Below are positions 27,001 through 40,700 of a stretch of DNA of 64,000 bases, in pieces. Under the pieces are notes generated by a model. The model did not search any database. It saw only the letters and a program-made list of their open reading frames with translations, and was not told where the DNA came from. The stretch's first letter is position 1, and each line of letters begins with the position of its first letter. The translations under genes were made by a program, and so were the position numbers. This stretch comes from Octopus bimaculoides (taxonomy: Eukaryota), in NCBI RefSeq assembly GCF_001194135.2, contig NC_068995.1, forward strand, positions 14,711,978 to 14,775,977, read 5' to 3'.

Positions 27001-27424
27001 AAGAATTTGTATTAGCTTTTCTTAGGCCTCTTAGTTCCTGTCTATTATTAATGTATTTGTCTTCTACCATTCAACTAACAACCTTTAGCTCTGTTGATCT
27101 CTATCTGTCATGTAGTCAAGGCACATAGCTCATTAGTTAGAGTGTCAAGCTTACAATCATGAGTTTGTGCGTTCATTTCCCAGACTGGGTTATGTGTTGT
27201 GTTCTTCAGCAAGACACTTTATTTCATGTTGCTCCAGTTTACTCAGCTGTGGAAACGAATTGCAACATCACTGGTGCCAGGCTGTATTGTCCTTTGCCTT
27301 TCCCTTGGACAACATTGGTGGCATGGAAAGGGGAGACTGATGGTCTTTCTTGGATTTGTGCCTTAGAGGGAAACTTTCTAGGTGCAATCTCTTGTTCATT
27401 TGTGACCAAAGGGGGTCCACCTAT

Positions 27425-27800
27425 CATCATCATCTTTTAATGTCTGTATTCCACACTAGCATGGGTGGAACAGTACCACAAAAGCCGGCCAGGCCAAAGC
27501 CTGCACCAGACTTCTGTGACTGGTTTGGCTGGATTTTTACTGCTGGATGCCCTTCCTCACACCAACCACTCAGCAGAGTGGACTTTGTGCTCTTTATGTG
27601 GCAAAAGCACAGGCGAGGTGAGTAGTGCTTTTTACATAGCACAAGCACAGGCAAGGTCAGTTTTGGCAAGGTTTTTACAGCTGGGTGCCCTTCTGAACAC
27701 CAACTACTTTACAGTGTGAACCGGGTGCTTTTAAGTGGCAGCTACACTGACAGGGTCACCAAGTACTTGCAAAACAAAAACTTTTAAGAGCGGAGGAGGC
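27425..27800 (-). mobile_element. (GAT)n-tailed RTE-partner SINE (family C; about 15 copies in the window)
   Basis: Reverse complement of gcatccagc..gtaaaaacc..ccacccatgctagt(g)tggaa..cagacattaaaagatgatgat; internal repeated modules. Confidence 0.8.
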
Positions 27801-27833
27801 ATTGATGAAACCGTTATAGTGAGATAGATACAT

Positions 27834-28194
27834 GCTTACCAACCACATGGTTCCGGGTTCAGTCCCACTGCGTGTGACACCTTGGGCAAGTGTCTTCTAC
27901 TATAGCCTCGGGCCGACCAAAGCCTTGTGAGTGGATTTGGTAGATGGAAACTGAAAGAATCCCATCATATATATGTATATGTATATATGTGTGTCTGTTT
28001 GTCCCCCCCCCCCCCAACATCGCTTGACAACCGATGCTGGTGTGTTTACGCCCCCGTAACTTAGCAGTTCGGCAAAAGGGACCGACAGAATAAGTACTAG
28101 GCTTACAAAGAATAAGTCCTGGGGTCGATTTGCTCGACTAAAGGCAGTGCTCCAACATGGCCGCAGTCAAATGACTGAAACAAGTAAAAGAGTA
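27834..28194 (+). mobile_element. Young family A SINE
   Basis: CpG-retaining, near-consensus copy ending aacaagtaaaagagtaa. Confidence 0.9.
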
Positions 28195-29599
28195 ATTGAA
28201 CATGAATAGTAACAATAGAAAGCCTTTTGATTTGGTTGGAGCATGCAAAAATATTAATCAAGATTGTCTGACATCTGCCTCCAAGGCATTTTGAAGATTT
28301 CAATGCAAATATTCTCTAACAAAAACATTGAATGTAAGATGCTTGTTAACAAAGGCACATGTTTTGCATAGCATAAGGTTTGTCTGACATTCAGCCTTGT
28401 GACATTTTATAATTTTTTCTTTTTTTTTCTAATTGCTGTGCTTGAGAAAACAGGTCGAACTAGATGAAATTGTGGTTGTGGCCAGTGCTGGTGATGCATG
28501 AATGGCATTCATGCTGGCGATATGTTAAAACCACCCATACCAGTGACACATGTAAGGCACCCAGTACACTCTGTGGAGTGGTTGGTATTAGGAATGGCAT
28601 CCAGCCATAGAAACCTGGTCAAAAACACACTGAAGCCTGGTGCAGCTCCCCAGCTTACCCTCTCTAGTCAAACTGTCTGATCCATGCCAGCATGGAAAAC
28701 GAGTGATGATGATGATTTTAATTGGACTTTTCTTTAACTTTTACTTGATTAATCTGTTAGGCTGTGTGGCCATGCTGGGGCACTGCCTTGAAGGGTTTTT
28801 TTTTTTTTAGTCAAGTAAATCAACCACATTACTTATTTTTAAGTCTGCTGTTTATTCTATCAGTTTCTTTTGTCAGGCCACTAAGCTACAGAGACATAAA
28901 CAAACCAACACTGGTTGTCACTATAGGGTGGACATACATACATACATACATACATAGTTATCATTAGCCCTGAAAGGGTATTTGAAATAGAATTGCTGTT
29001 TTCTTTGAGATACAAAGATCCCAGCGGTAATTGTGAGGTTTGGTATGTTCTAATATTTTCCAAATAATTCTATAATTTCTGATTTTAGCATTGATATACT
29101 TCAACAATGTTGTGTTCAAAGACCTTTCACTCTTCTTTACCTTCCTCTCATCTATATTCATTAGGGCAAAATTCCATTTGGCATCCAAGTCTCATATTCC
29201 ACAGATTGAAAAACTATTCAATCCCACTGCTCTCTACCTATAGTATGCATTTTCTACCATAGCCTTCTTATTAATCAGTACTTTGTAAGTAGAATTTGGT
29301 TGAAGGGAAACTTTACAGAAAACTACTCTGTGTGTATATGTGTGTACACACGTGCATGTAATTTATTAGGTCAGCCAGTACTGGAGTTTACTCATATCTT
29401 GAATTTTGCAGGCCACAAAATTATATCCTTATCATTCATTTTGTCTGCACACTGAATAATCACGACATAAATTTTGTTTAATAAAGTCCTAGGGAGTAGG
29501 TGGGAACTGATTCTGGCTGAGAGGATAAATTTCACATTCTGCCTCCAGATTGTGCAAGAACAAAGGACACAACTGCATTGATAATTGCACTTCAGTATG

Positions 29600-29860
29600 C
29601 AGATGATGGTGGTTTGGGCATGTCACCTGCTCATCAGGGATGGCCAAAACAATCCTCCAGGGAACAGTTAAAGGTTACAGGGGCAGACAGAGGAAGAGGT
29701 GGGAAAACAATATCTGTGAGTAGACAGGCCTAAAGATGAGAGACGCAGTGCAAGAGGCAGAAGACAGAGATGGGTGGAGGGATCTGGTTGCAAAGTTATC
29801 AGCAATGCCCCAGTGGTCAGCCACACTACAGGATATATAAAATAATGCAGATGATGTCAC
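29600..29860 (+). mobile_element. 3' end of an RTE-clade LINE
   Basis: WFGHVTCSSGMAKTILQGTVKGYRGRQRKRWENNI..AEDRDGWRDLV is a typical RTE C-terminus. Confidence 0.85.
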
Positions 29861-31574
29861 AGTTTGACTGAAGGTCTTGCAACAAGCAGGAATTTGATCA
29901 TGTCATTTTGGTACCAACTACTATACAGATTGTGGAAAATGTTAAGCACCTTTAATATCTGGCTAGTTGACTATTATAGAATGCAGGTATTGATCAGGCG
30001 AATTTAACATAGGATAAAATGTGCCAGCACATCTTTTGGTCTGTTTGAGGGACAACGAAACTTATGGTGTCTACGGTAATTCTTGTACCTCTGCTTCTAA
30101 ATATATATGAACCAAGTAGGGATATTCAATAACAGTTCCTCGTCTTGTTTTTGATTGATAGTTTAGTGAGTGAAGAAGCAGAAGTGGGGAGGGCTGCTTA
30201 TGTCATCAATGAAAAATAGGGGTAAAAAAAATGTACTAAAACCAGTTTTCATCTTCATTGTACATCTGTTTTCCATGCTGGCATGAGATGGATGTTTCAA
30301 CAGGAGTGCACCAAACTCTAATGTCTACTTTGCCCTTCCTAAATCCAACCACTTCACAGTGTACTGGATACTTTTCACATGGTATTGGCACTAATGAAGT
30401 TACCAAATTACTCACAAGGCCAAACCCATTCAACTGAGTCGGGAAATAGTACTGAGAGAAGTGGCTTTATGCCAGATGGTGAGAGGTTAAAGTATAATAG
30501 AGGGGCAAGAACAGGTGTCTTGCTGCAAGGGAGAGATATGATTACCCCAGTTGGAAAAGAAAGAGTATGGTGCTGAAAATATGTTAGGGGACACCTTTGA
30601 GTTATTGGAAGATGAATTCAAGAGAAGTGGTATGGGTAGGTATGTAAGTTTGTGGGAGTACAAGAGGTAAGTGGCAGATGAAGAGAGATGGGATTAGAGG
30701 GAAATGCAGTGAGTGGTGAACATGGATGGAGGCATGGTTAATCATGAATATCTCCTTTTAGAAAAGAATTAAAGTGAAGATAAATCATTGCATGTAACTA
30801 CAGTATTTTAATCATAATCAAATACTGTTGTTATTCGGTTGAGCTCACCTTCTTTCTGACTGATGTTTGTTGTTTGAACATATTACATGTTTTTGTCGCT
30901 GTACTTTACAGTAATATGAGTAAAGGTAGCGAGCAGCACAAAACTTTTTATCATTCAGTTCCATCATTCAGACAATCTATTTTGTCAGTTCGTGATGATA
31001 ATACATAATTATTATTTCCCTGGAAGATAATCCTGTTGACATAAGCTTCTAATGTTGTCTGGCAACAAGTAGACACTGCCTACAACAAATTGCTTCCCTT
31101 CTACAGCTGCTGCTGCTGCTGGTACCACTACTGCTGCTATTTACTTATTGTTGTTGTTGTTGTTTTTCTCATACAGCTGCTTCACAAGAATATTTCTATG
31201 TGGTCTCCATAGTTAAGCGAAACTGTTCTTATTTCCTATTGAATAAATCAATAGTTTGTCTGCAAAGTCATTTGCCAGTTCTTTGAAAATACTCCCAACT
31301 ACAGATTCTTTCATCTCATCTCATTTAAAATATTTTCCTGCCTGGTTCCTACCAACTTCTTAAATATTTTCTTATGACATTAATAGTTTAGTCCTTTAGC
31401 ATTTAAACCTGCCATATCAGGCCCTAAGATTCTACCTACTTTATGTTCAAACTGGCCAGCTCCATCCTCTTGCACCTACCCTACAATGTCCTGCTAAAAA
31501 AAAAAACAATCACATTGTCAGAATCTCAGAGCTATGACATAATGAATGATTAATTCAAAACAATGTGAATTAAT

Positions 31575-31788
31575 CCTTTCTACTATAGGCACAAAGCCTT
31601 AAATTTGGGGGAGGGGGTAGTCAATTACATCGACCCCAGTATTCAATTGGTTCTTATTTCATCGACTCTGAAAGGATGAAACGCAAAGTTGACCCCGGCA
31701 GAATTTGAACTCAGAACATAGCAACAAACAAAATACTGCTAAGCATTTCGCCTGGTGTGTTAACGATTCTACCAGCTTGCCACCTTCA
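31575..31788 (-). mobile_element. Family B SINE inserted into a piggyBac-like MITE (host about 31392-31845)
   Basis: 14-bp TSD CAATGTGAATTAAT at 31561-31574 and 31789-31802; MITE sequence resumes on both sides. Confidence 0.88.
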
Positions 31789-33064
31789 CAATGTGAATTA
31801 ATAAACATTACATTTGACAGAGTTATCTGATTGGTAAAGATTTCAATGGAGTTTCATTCTTAAACTTTTTTTTGATTATTTTTGGATATTCCTGATGGAG
31901 AATTTTGAAAATATTCTTTGATGAAGTAGCGAAAATTTTTTTTTGCTTTTTTAATATATCAATCCCTTTTGTGTGGCACCTTGGGAAAGAATTTGTTTTC
32001 TATGGCCCTAGACCAACTAATGTCTTGTGAATGAATTTGGTAGATGGAAACTGTGTGGAAGCCTATCATGTGTGTGTGTGTTTGTTTTCCACAGACTGAT
32101 TGCCAACTGGTGTTGGTTTATTTATGTCCATGTAATCTAGCAGTTCAGCTAAAAGAGATCCATAGAATAAGTACCAGACTTTAAAGAAAACAAGATATTG
32201 GCACTGATTTGTTCAACTAAACTCTTCAAGATGGTACTCCAGCATGGCCGCAGTCCAGTGACTGAAACTAATAAAAGGAAAGATGAATTGAATTGTAAAC
32301 AAATTCAGGTTTGAGTTCAGTGATGTGATGTAATTAACATCAATCAATTAAGAAAAAACTCTTGATGATATTTTTATTAATATGCAGTCCTTTGACATAT
32401 TTGTTCTGCACTAAATTACAGATACTCTCATCATCAGATATACAATGAAACAGTGCTAGGTCCATTGAAAACCTGTAACAAACAACACTATATTGTTCAT
32501 AAAATGCAATATAAAATACATGAATAAAATATCTCCTGTAATATTCCTAAATGATTTGGGACTGATTTCCAATAAGTTAGAGGAATTGAGTTAATGCAGA
32601 ATTAAATTTACTATTTTTCACAATCAAAAATCTATAACAGATTTTATATTTAGACCAATATGTCAGTAGATTAATAGCACAACCACTTAGCTTTTTCGTT
32701 TTTATGGAATTGTATGGAATAAGTGATTCTTCAGTTTATGATAAAAAAAAATTTTTTGCTAGTGTTTATATTTTTTAGTGACATTAATCTGTGGAAAATA
32801 TGTTCACATGCATATACATACATACACATACATCAGCCAGTGCCTTTCAGAGGTCAACTTGCCTAGGGTCTTCAGTTCCTTCTGTGTTGAGCTGCATGCA
32901 TACAATCAGGCTGTTGTTTCCAGCTCATTCTTTGAGGTCATCAATCCACAAACATCTTTGACACTCTTTTGCTCGCTTCCTCTCAACACTTTCAGTCAGG
33001 ATGGTCTTGGACATTGACTCTTGGCACATTGTATGGACTTAATTCTCAACAAATGATGTCTTTG

Positions 33065-33353
33065 GACGAAGTAGTTGTATGCTGTCAACTTAATGTGACA
33101 GTCCCATGAAGGCAATAATACTACTGTTGGTTAGACCTAGGAAGCTGCACCGCTTCCTGTCGGCCTTGACACATTTCCTGTGTCCTATGTTTACAAAGGG
33201 GCGAGGTGCTTGTCTCCCCCTTATAAACATAAGGACACAGGAAATGTGTCAAGGCCGACAGGAAGCAGTGTAGCTTCCTAGGTCTAACCAACAGTAGTAT
33301 TATTCCCTTCAGGGGACTGTCACATTAAGTTGACAGCATACAACTACTTCATC
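33065..33353. repeat. 289-bp foldback (palindromic MITE-like element)
   Basis: Arms 33065-33205 and 33214-33353 are reverse complements with about 9 differences by eye; loop about 8 nt. Confidence 0.95.
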
Positions 33354-33695
33354 GTATTACTACTGCATAAATCTCTCTGAGAGATTTAGAAATGTATTAT
33401 TTCTAAAAGGTGTCTTTGGATTTTCAGTTTTTCTAATATTGGAGCATTTGTTGCTCTCTTTCCACTTTGTTGTGTCCAATCTGTGCAAGATCCACATCTT
33501 AAAAACTTCAAAAATTTATTATAGTAAAAGAATGAAGAACCAAACATTCTGGACATAAGATCTTCACTTGACCACTGTTTGCATCGGTCAGACAGAATGT
33601 ATTGAGGCAGATTTCCTATGACCAGAGGCACTTCTTGTTACCAGCCCTCACCTGTATGACAATGATTCTTGTTTATAACAATCTTGTGGTGTCTT

Positions 33696-33726
<31 letters not shown>

Positions 33727-33738
33727 CATCATCATTAA

Positions 33739-33959
33739 CCTTTTAGCATTTAAACTGGCTATATCCAGCCAAAACATTCTATCTGTTTTACTTTCAAACT
33801 GGTCAGATCTGATTTCTGACACCTACCCAACAACGACATTCTAAAAAATTAACAGATGCCTCGTCAAAATCTCATAGCTACAAAACAGTATGTGATTAAT
33901 TCAAAACAATATGAATAAATAAGCATTACTTTTGACAGAATAATGTGAATGCTAAAGGG
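33739..33959. mobile_element. piggyBac-like MITE family 1 copy
   Basis: TTAA|CCTTTTAGCATT ... AATGCTAAAGGG|TTAA. Confidence 0.85.
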
Positions 33960-36039
33960 TTAATATTTAATGTCTCTTCCATGCTGGCATGAGTTGGATG
34001 GTTTGACCAGTGCTGGTAAACCAGAGAACTACTCCAAGCTTCATTGTATGTATATGTGCATGTATGATATATATATAATGGGTTTCTTTCAATTTCTGTC
34101 AACCAGTTCAACTCATAAGGTCTTGGTTGGCTTGGGCCTATAGTAGTGAAAACATGTGCCTAAGGTGCCATGCAGTGGAACCAAATCCAAAACCATATGG
34201 TTGAGAAGCAAGCTTCTTAATGACTCAGCTACACTAGTGCACATAGACACACACACACAATGTCATAATTAGTCCTATAACAGTCACTTATCAAATAAAT
34301 TAATATTCCTTGTGTCTGATGTAAGTTGGCAGTTAAAAAAAAAAAGTTTTAAAAAAAGTTTAAAAAAAAGGGAAAGAAGTACTGGGGTCAATTTGTTTGA
34401 CTAAACCATTCAGAGCAGTGCTCCAGCATGGCTGCTGTCCAGTAACAAACAAGTAAAAGAAAACAAATAAAACATAATCCATTGAAGGTTAGTACTTCAG
34501 CATGGATGCCGTTTCAACTATTGAAACCAGTAAAATATAGAAACTAATAATAAAAAGATCAGCCATCTTTTCATAGAAATATATCTGCTCTAACTAGTAA
34601 TTATATCTAGATAAGAAGTTATGAATGCATAATATGGATACATAAATGTCTTTTATGTACCAGCAATTTTATCACAATACAAAAACTTATGAATGAGTTG
34701 ATATGGATGTCTGGGTTTTTATGCACCAATAATTTTTTGCAAGTTACCACTAGCTATTAGTCAAGACAGCAGCAGCAGTGTCAAACTACTAATTGAAAGT
34801 CTGGTGGCTTTTATCGTCTCACTTAGTCTGAGGTAATGTTGCAGGCACCTAACGCTCCATGGTTTTGTCTGACTGCCAGTTTGTGGATAGGATACCAGGA
34901 ATAACACAGTGTAACATGATTTTTGTCTTTGAGTAGCTACTGTTATTTCCTATTTGCTAACCCCTAGAAAGTATGAAAAATGGCTAGTATTTCTTTTAAA
35001 CTTCTCTTTTGTTACATTTATTCAAAACACAGAAGAATCACTCTCAGCACATGGCTGTGGTGCTCCCTGACTGCTCCTGCTCATGATCAGATATGCACAT
35101 ATTATCAGCCACTGAGAGACTTGTTCACGTGATTAAGGTCAAACAACTGACAAGCAAATCTGTGGTATTGAGTAGACTGTTTGCTATAACGTTATTTCTG
35201 CTTCAGCAACTCAACACTGAATCTGTTTGAAATGTCACAGAAAGTAGGTCAGTTTCAAAACATTGATCTCTAGGTGACAACAGCAAAGTTTGAAGAGAAT
35301 CGTAGTCATTTCCTTTGATTTCTAGATAGAAACAAATAGGAAATAACACTTACTAACCAAAGGCAGAAAAAACAAGAGCACTCAGAGAGTGCAAACCTTC
35401 ACCAATGCAGCAAAATGTTAGCTGGTTCTTATTTTATTGTTGTTTAGACTCATGTCGACTTTCTAATTTAGATATATTTCAAAAGTCAGTGCTGTTATTT
35501 AGACATGTCAAGAGAGATAGTTTTGTCTTTGGTTTTTTTAAATGTATGGCTTGAGACATAGACTTATATTTTTAGCCATAAGTCTAAATAGCAAAGGCCT
35601 AACTAAGGACAAATTCCTGAAGTATTTAATTACAGTTTTTACATGCTGAATTCAATATCCTTCTGAGGTTAACTTTGCCTTTCATCTCTCTGAGTTTAAT
35701 CAAAGAGCCACTCAAATATTAGGGTTGATAGCATCTCCTAGTTCTCACCCCTTAAAATTGATGACCTTGTACCTAAATCAGAAAGCGTTGTCATTGTTGC
35801 TGCTGTTGTTGTTGTGAGGGCAGTGGAGAGGTGGAATCATTAATAGCATTGGACAAATATCTTGCAGTATTCATTCTGGCTTTTAACATTCTGATTTCAA
35901 ATTCTCCCAAGCTCATCTGTAACTTTCATTTATTTGGATCAGAAAATTACCAAACCCTTCCCCATCAAAATTTATGACCTTGTACCTATCTATGATTTTA
36001 TTATTGTTATTGGTTGTTGCCGTTATTATTTTAGTCAGT

Positions 36040-36095
36040 TATTTATTGTTATTGTATCTTTGGTAGTTATCCTTGAGGAATCTTTTTCAAAATGG
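36040..36095 (+). promoter_or_regulatory. 3' splice site, 25-nt 5'UTR segment and start-codon context of RUNDC1
   Basis: T-rich tract ending ggtag at 36066; T TAT CCT TGA GGA ATC TTT TTC AAA ATG shows an in-frame stop before the ATG; A at -3, G at +4. Confidence 0.7.
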
Positions 36096-36225
36096 AAGAA
36101 GTGGCTGCCAACACTGATGAGAGTTATGACAGTTTTGAGGACCAAAATTATGATGATCGTCCAACTGAAAGATGGGCTCCACTCGGGGCTTCAGTAAGCC
36201 CAGCTCCCTCAACTATAGAAAATGG
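36092..36225 (+). CDS. RUNDC1: RUNDC1 coding exon 1 (MEEVAANTDESYDSFEDQNYDDRPTERWAPLGASVSPAPSTIEN-G)
   Basis: Acceptor tctttggtag ending 36066; in-frame TGA upstream of the ATG; caaaATGG Kozak context; ERWAPLGA motif; donor GG|gtaagt; phase 2 matches the next exon. Confidence 0.88.
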
Positions 36226-36619
36226 GTAAGTATATCTGCCTTTCATGTCTGTTATCTTTTACAGTAATATATGCAAGAGAGTAAGGAGAGAGAAAAGGAG
36301 AGCGAGAGGCAGAGATTGTGATGGCAGGTAGTAAGAGTGGGTGGAATTGTTAGAAAGTGTTAGAGATGAGCAATGGCAAGAGATTGATGGACATTGAAGA
36401 GTGGGAGTGATGGCTAACAGAACAGTAATGAGGATATATTTCAGAGACGAAACAGACCTTTTGTTTCTCCAGCATCATGCTGGAAGAGAGAGGTAGAGTG
36501 ATAGTGATGATGCTCTTAGACCTTTGGCACACACACATTCCATCGCTAGATGTCCATGTTGTAAAGTCATTAAGGACAGGAATGTCATGTGGCTTAAAAA
36601 AAAACATACCCCAAAACAA

Positions 36620-36990
36620 CATCATCATCATTGTTTAACATCCACCTTCCATGCTAGCCAGCCAGGCAGAAGCCTGCACCAGACTGTTTTGACAAGATTG
36701 TTACAGTTGGATGCCCTTCCTCACACCAACCACTCAGCAGACTGGGCTTAGTGCTTTTTATGTGGCACAAGCACAGGCGAAGTCTGCAGTGCTTTTTATG
36801 TGGCACAAGCACAGGCGAAGTCTGCAGTGCTTTTTACATGGCACAAGCACAGGCGAGGTCAGTTTTGGCAAGGTTTTTACAGCTGGATGCCCTTCTGAAC
36901 ACCAAACACTTTACAGTGTGAACCGGGTGCTTTTAAGTGGCACCTACACTGGCAGGATTACCAAGTACTTGTAAGACACAAAAAAAAATT
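36620..36990 (-). mobile_element. Family C SINE with an internal 38-bp tandem triplication (36750-36858)
   Basis: agtgctttttatgtggcacaagcacaggcgaagtctgc x2 plus a partial third copy; shares diagnostic variants with 27425-27800. Confidence 0.8.
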
Positions 36991-37700
36991 TTAATGGATA
37001 GAGGTGATGTGGAACTGCACAAGTTGCAACTCGGTAAAAGAACAGTGAAGAAAACATTACAAAAAATGCAGAAAGGGAGCTCTTTAAATCTGTTGCAGAT
37101 AACCTGTCTGGCATTGATGGCATGATAAAATGTACCCAATTTATACCGTAAAGTTATAAAGTGGTTGGTGAGAGGAAACTTGTCTGAATTGCTATGTTTG
37201 CTAAACTACAATGGACCATTACAGGTGGTGAAGCACTGTGAGCTTTGTCTAAGCCAAGTTAATATGGAAATTAAATGAAGAATTTGATGATGTATAGTAC
37301 CTAGGCATGGCTGTATGGTAAGAAGTTTGCTTCCTAACCTCATGGTTCTAAATTCAGTCCTATTGTATGGTGCCTTGAGAAAGTGTCTTTTACTATGGCC
37401 CCAGGTTATAGTAGAAGACACTTTGATTTGGTAGATGACTGCTTGACAACCTTTTTTTTGGTTTGTTTACAGCCTGGTAAGTTAGTGGTTTGGCAAAAAG
37501 AGGCCAACAGAATAAGTACCAGACTTAGAAAAAAAAATACTAGGGTTAATTTGTTTGGTTAAACCCTCAAGATAATACACACACACACACTATCCAGTCC
37601 CTTCTATCATTGAAAATGGACATTAAGCTATATGAATGTGTGTGTGTGAATGTATGTATGTATAAATATGTGTGTATTTATAAATATATGTGCACATGTT

Positions 37701-37751
<51 letters not shown>

Positions 37752-40700
37752 ATGCATGTAGAAATATAGGTAAATAAGTAGAAGTTTAGGTGCCTGTATG
37801 GCTGTGTGATTTAGAAGTTGACTTCCCTTCCACATGGTCTCTGGTTCAGTTCTATTGGAACAAGTGTCTTCTGTTTATAACCCTTGGCCAACCAGTGCCT
37901 TCTGAATGGAATTCAGTGGACAGAAAATGTATGGAAGCCATTTTATGTGTGTGTGTGTGTGTGTGTGTGTGTCTCTCTCTCTCTCTCTCTCTCTCGTTGT
38001 CTTGGCATCATATCATAGTTGTAAACAAGTATCACCACCATGCAGATGATGTCCTTCATTTTCAGATGCCATAAGGCAATATTCCCTTGCTTGGAAATGG
38101 GAGGGTTTGCAACAGGAAAGGCATTTGGCCATAGAAAATCTGTCTCAACAAATTCCAGCTGGCTCGAGCAAGCCTGGAAAAGTGGATGCTAAAACAATGA
38201 TGATGATATCTGCATGGAAGCTAGATCAATAGATATAATAATGTTGTTATAAATATACTAAAATGTACTTGCATTCTGGAAAGAATCATTTAAAATCTCC
38301 TTGGTAACTGTGTTCAGTGGTGGGGGGGGGGGCTATTGTTTATTCTTAGAATCTGTTTACAACCTCTGTTTAATCTAAGACTTTGTCCTTGCTCTTTATA
38401 AGAACATGGTTTATATCATGTATGTATGTATGTCTATGTATGTATGCACACACATACACACACATTTATATATAGGTTCAAGTGTAGCTGTGTTGTAAGA
38501 AGCTTGCTTCCTAACCACAAGTATCTGGGTTCAGTCCCACTACGTGGTACCATGGGCAAATGTTCTCTACTATAGTTTTGGGTTGACCAAAGCCTTGACA
38601 GTGGATTTGGTGGAAGGAAACTGAAAGAAGCTCATCATGTATGTGTGTGTGTATATATGTGTGTGTCTGTGTTTGTAGGTCGGTAGGTAGGTATGTGTGT
38701 GTATCTTTGTATCTGTGTTTGTCCCCCATCACCGCTTGACAATTGGTGTTGATGTGCTTACATCTCCATAGTTTAGCAGTTCTGCAAAAGAGACTGATAG
38801 AAGAAGTACCAGGTTTAAAAAAAAAAAAAAAATACTTGTGTCAATTTGCTCCACTAAAATACTTCAAAGTGGTGCTCCAGCATGGCTACAGTCTAATGAC
38901 TGAAATAAGTAAGATATAAAAGAATACACATGCACACATATCTTGTCACCAAACTAAGAACAGTCCTTGTTTTTGTTTTTATGCTGCCTACTTCAAGACT
39001 GTTGGATGAGCTAAACTAGAATGAATATTGATTACAGCAATAAGGAATTAGTCTTTTACATGAATTAACAGACATGGCAAAATGTATTGTTTATGGAGAT
39101 TTCATCCAAGCAACAACAACGAAAGACCAAGAATGAGAATCAGAATTATGTCTGTTGAAAAACTGTTATTGAGAAAGAAGTGATTTGGCTAATACTTACT
39201 AATGTGGATTAGATTTATATGTTGTTGTTTTTTTAGATTGTTTTTTGCTTTTACCTTTTGCTATTGTCACCAACGTGCTAGCATCCACAATTATTCTTCA
39301 ACTGAATATTTTTCTGCTGATTTTTTTTTTTTTTGCTTCTTTCTAACGCAAGAACTGAACAATCACTCGGACTACCAGGGTAACCTAGAAATATGAACAT
39401 TTGCGTAGAAATGATATCAGGTTTATTGTTGTCACAGATTCATAAATTATAAGTATCTATACACACATTGTGCTAAAAGACAGAGGAACACTCACATATT
39501 CATATACAAATGCACATACACACACATTGTCATCATTTAATGTCCATGTTCCATACTGGCATGGGTTGGACAGTTTGACAAGAACCTAGTGAGTCCAAAG
39601 ACTGTGTCCTTCTCTAGTGTTTGCTCTGGCATAGATTCTACAGCTGGATGCCCCACCTCATGCCAACTATTAGGTCATTAAAAATGAAATGTCCGATTTC
39701 GAACTGGAAGTTTATTTTACTTTATCTCAACAAAAAGTAATGCTGTTATTCAAAGTAATCCCCTAAAATCAGACATTTCATTCTTAATGACCTGATACTT
39801 TACAGTGTGTACTGGGTGCTTTTTTACATGTCATCAGTGCTATTGAGGCCACAATGTAGCTTACAGATTAACAAACCCAAGGAGGGTGAGGGCTGCATCT
39901 GTATGTTAAAGTATGAGAAAAGAGGTGGTTCTTGTTGTAGACAAGCTACATGGCTATTCACATTTAGGGGAGAGAGAAAGAGAATGAATTAGAAGTATCC
40001 CCAAAGAGACAGACAGTGGTGATGAGATGTCCAGGTGTCACCTCAGGCAGATGAGCAGTTGTGAGTGGGGGTAGTGGGGGTTTTGCAAGAGTAAGTGGGA
40101 AGAGATTGAGAGGAGAGGGTACACAAGTTGAGGAGGCTACAGGGATGTGAGCTGTAGGGTAGTAATGATGGTACCATTAACAGTGAGAAGAGATATATGC
40201 TTGGGTAGGATGCAGGAACAGAATAGACAGAGAGAAAGAGAGAGAGAGATACACATGCAGTGTGTGTGTGTGTGTGTGTGTGCACCACTAATTTAGTTCC
40301 TAATTCTGTAGTGTTAGCAAATTACTTATTCTATCGGTCTCTTTTGCTTGAACTGCTAAGTTATAAGGACATAAACAATCCAACACCAGTTGTCAGGCCA
40401 TGGAATGGATTGGACAAATACACATACACACACATGTGATGGACTTCCACACCGTTGCCCTCCCCCACACACACACAAACACCTCCAGCATTTTTTTTTT
40501 TTTTGAAATGTAAATGAATATTATCAACATCAAGGATGCTGTGAACCAACTTTTAGATCTCACATAATCTTGACATTTACCTTACTGCATTTTAAAAGGT
40601 TATCAGAGAGAGATTCTCATCCAAAGTTTTACCATATCTTTAGACCATTAAAGAATAACCAAACCTTTATTACCTTTTTACTTTCATGGTCGTTGTTTAA

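Noticed and set aside
35934-36197. 87-aa ORF overlapping RUNDC1 exon 1
   Set aside because: Different frame from the spliced gene; it starts in a family B SINE.
36750-36858. Short direct repeats resembling a CRISPR-like array (also 58284-58349, 9129-9430)
   Set aside because: Contiguous tandem units with no unique spacers, inside SINE/LINE copies, in an animal genome with no cas genes.
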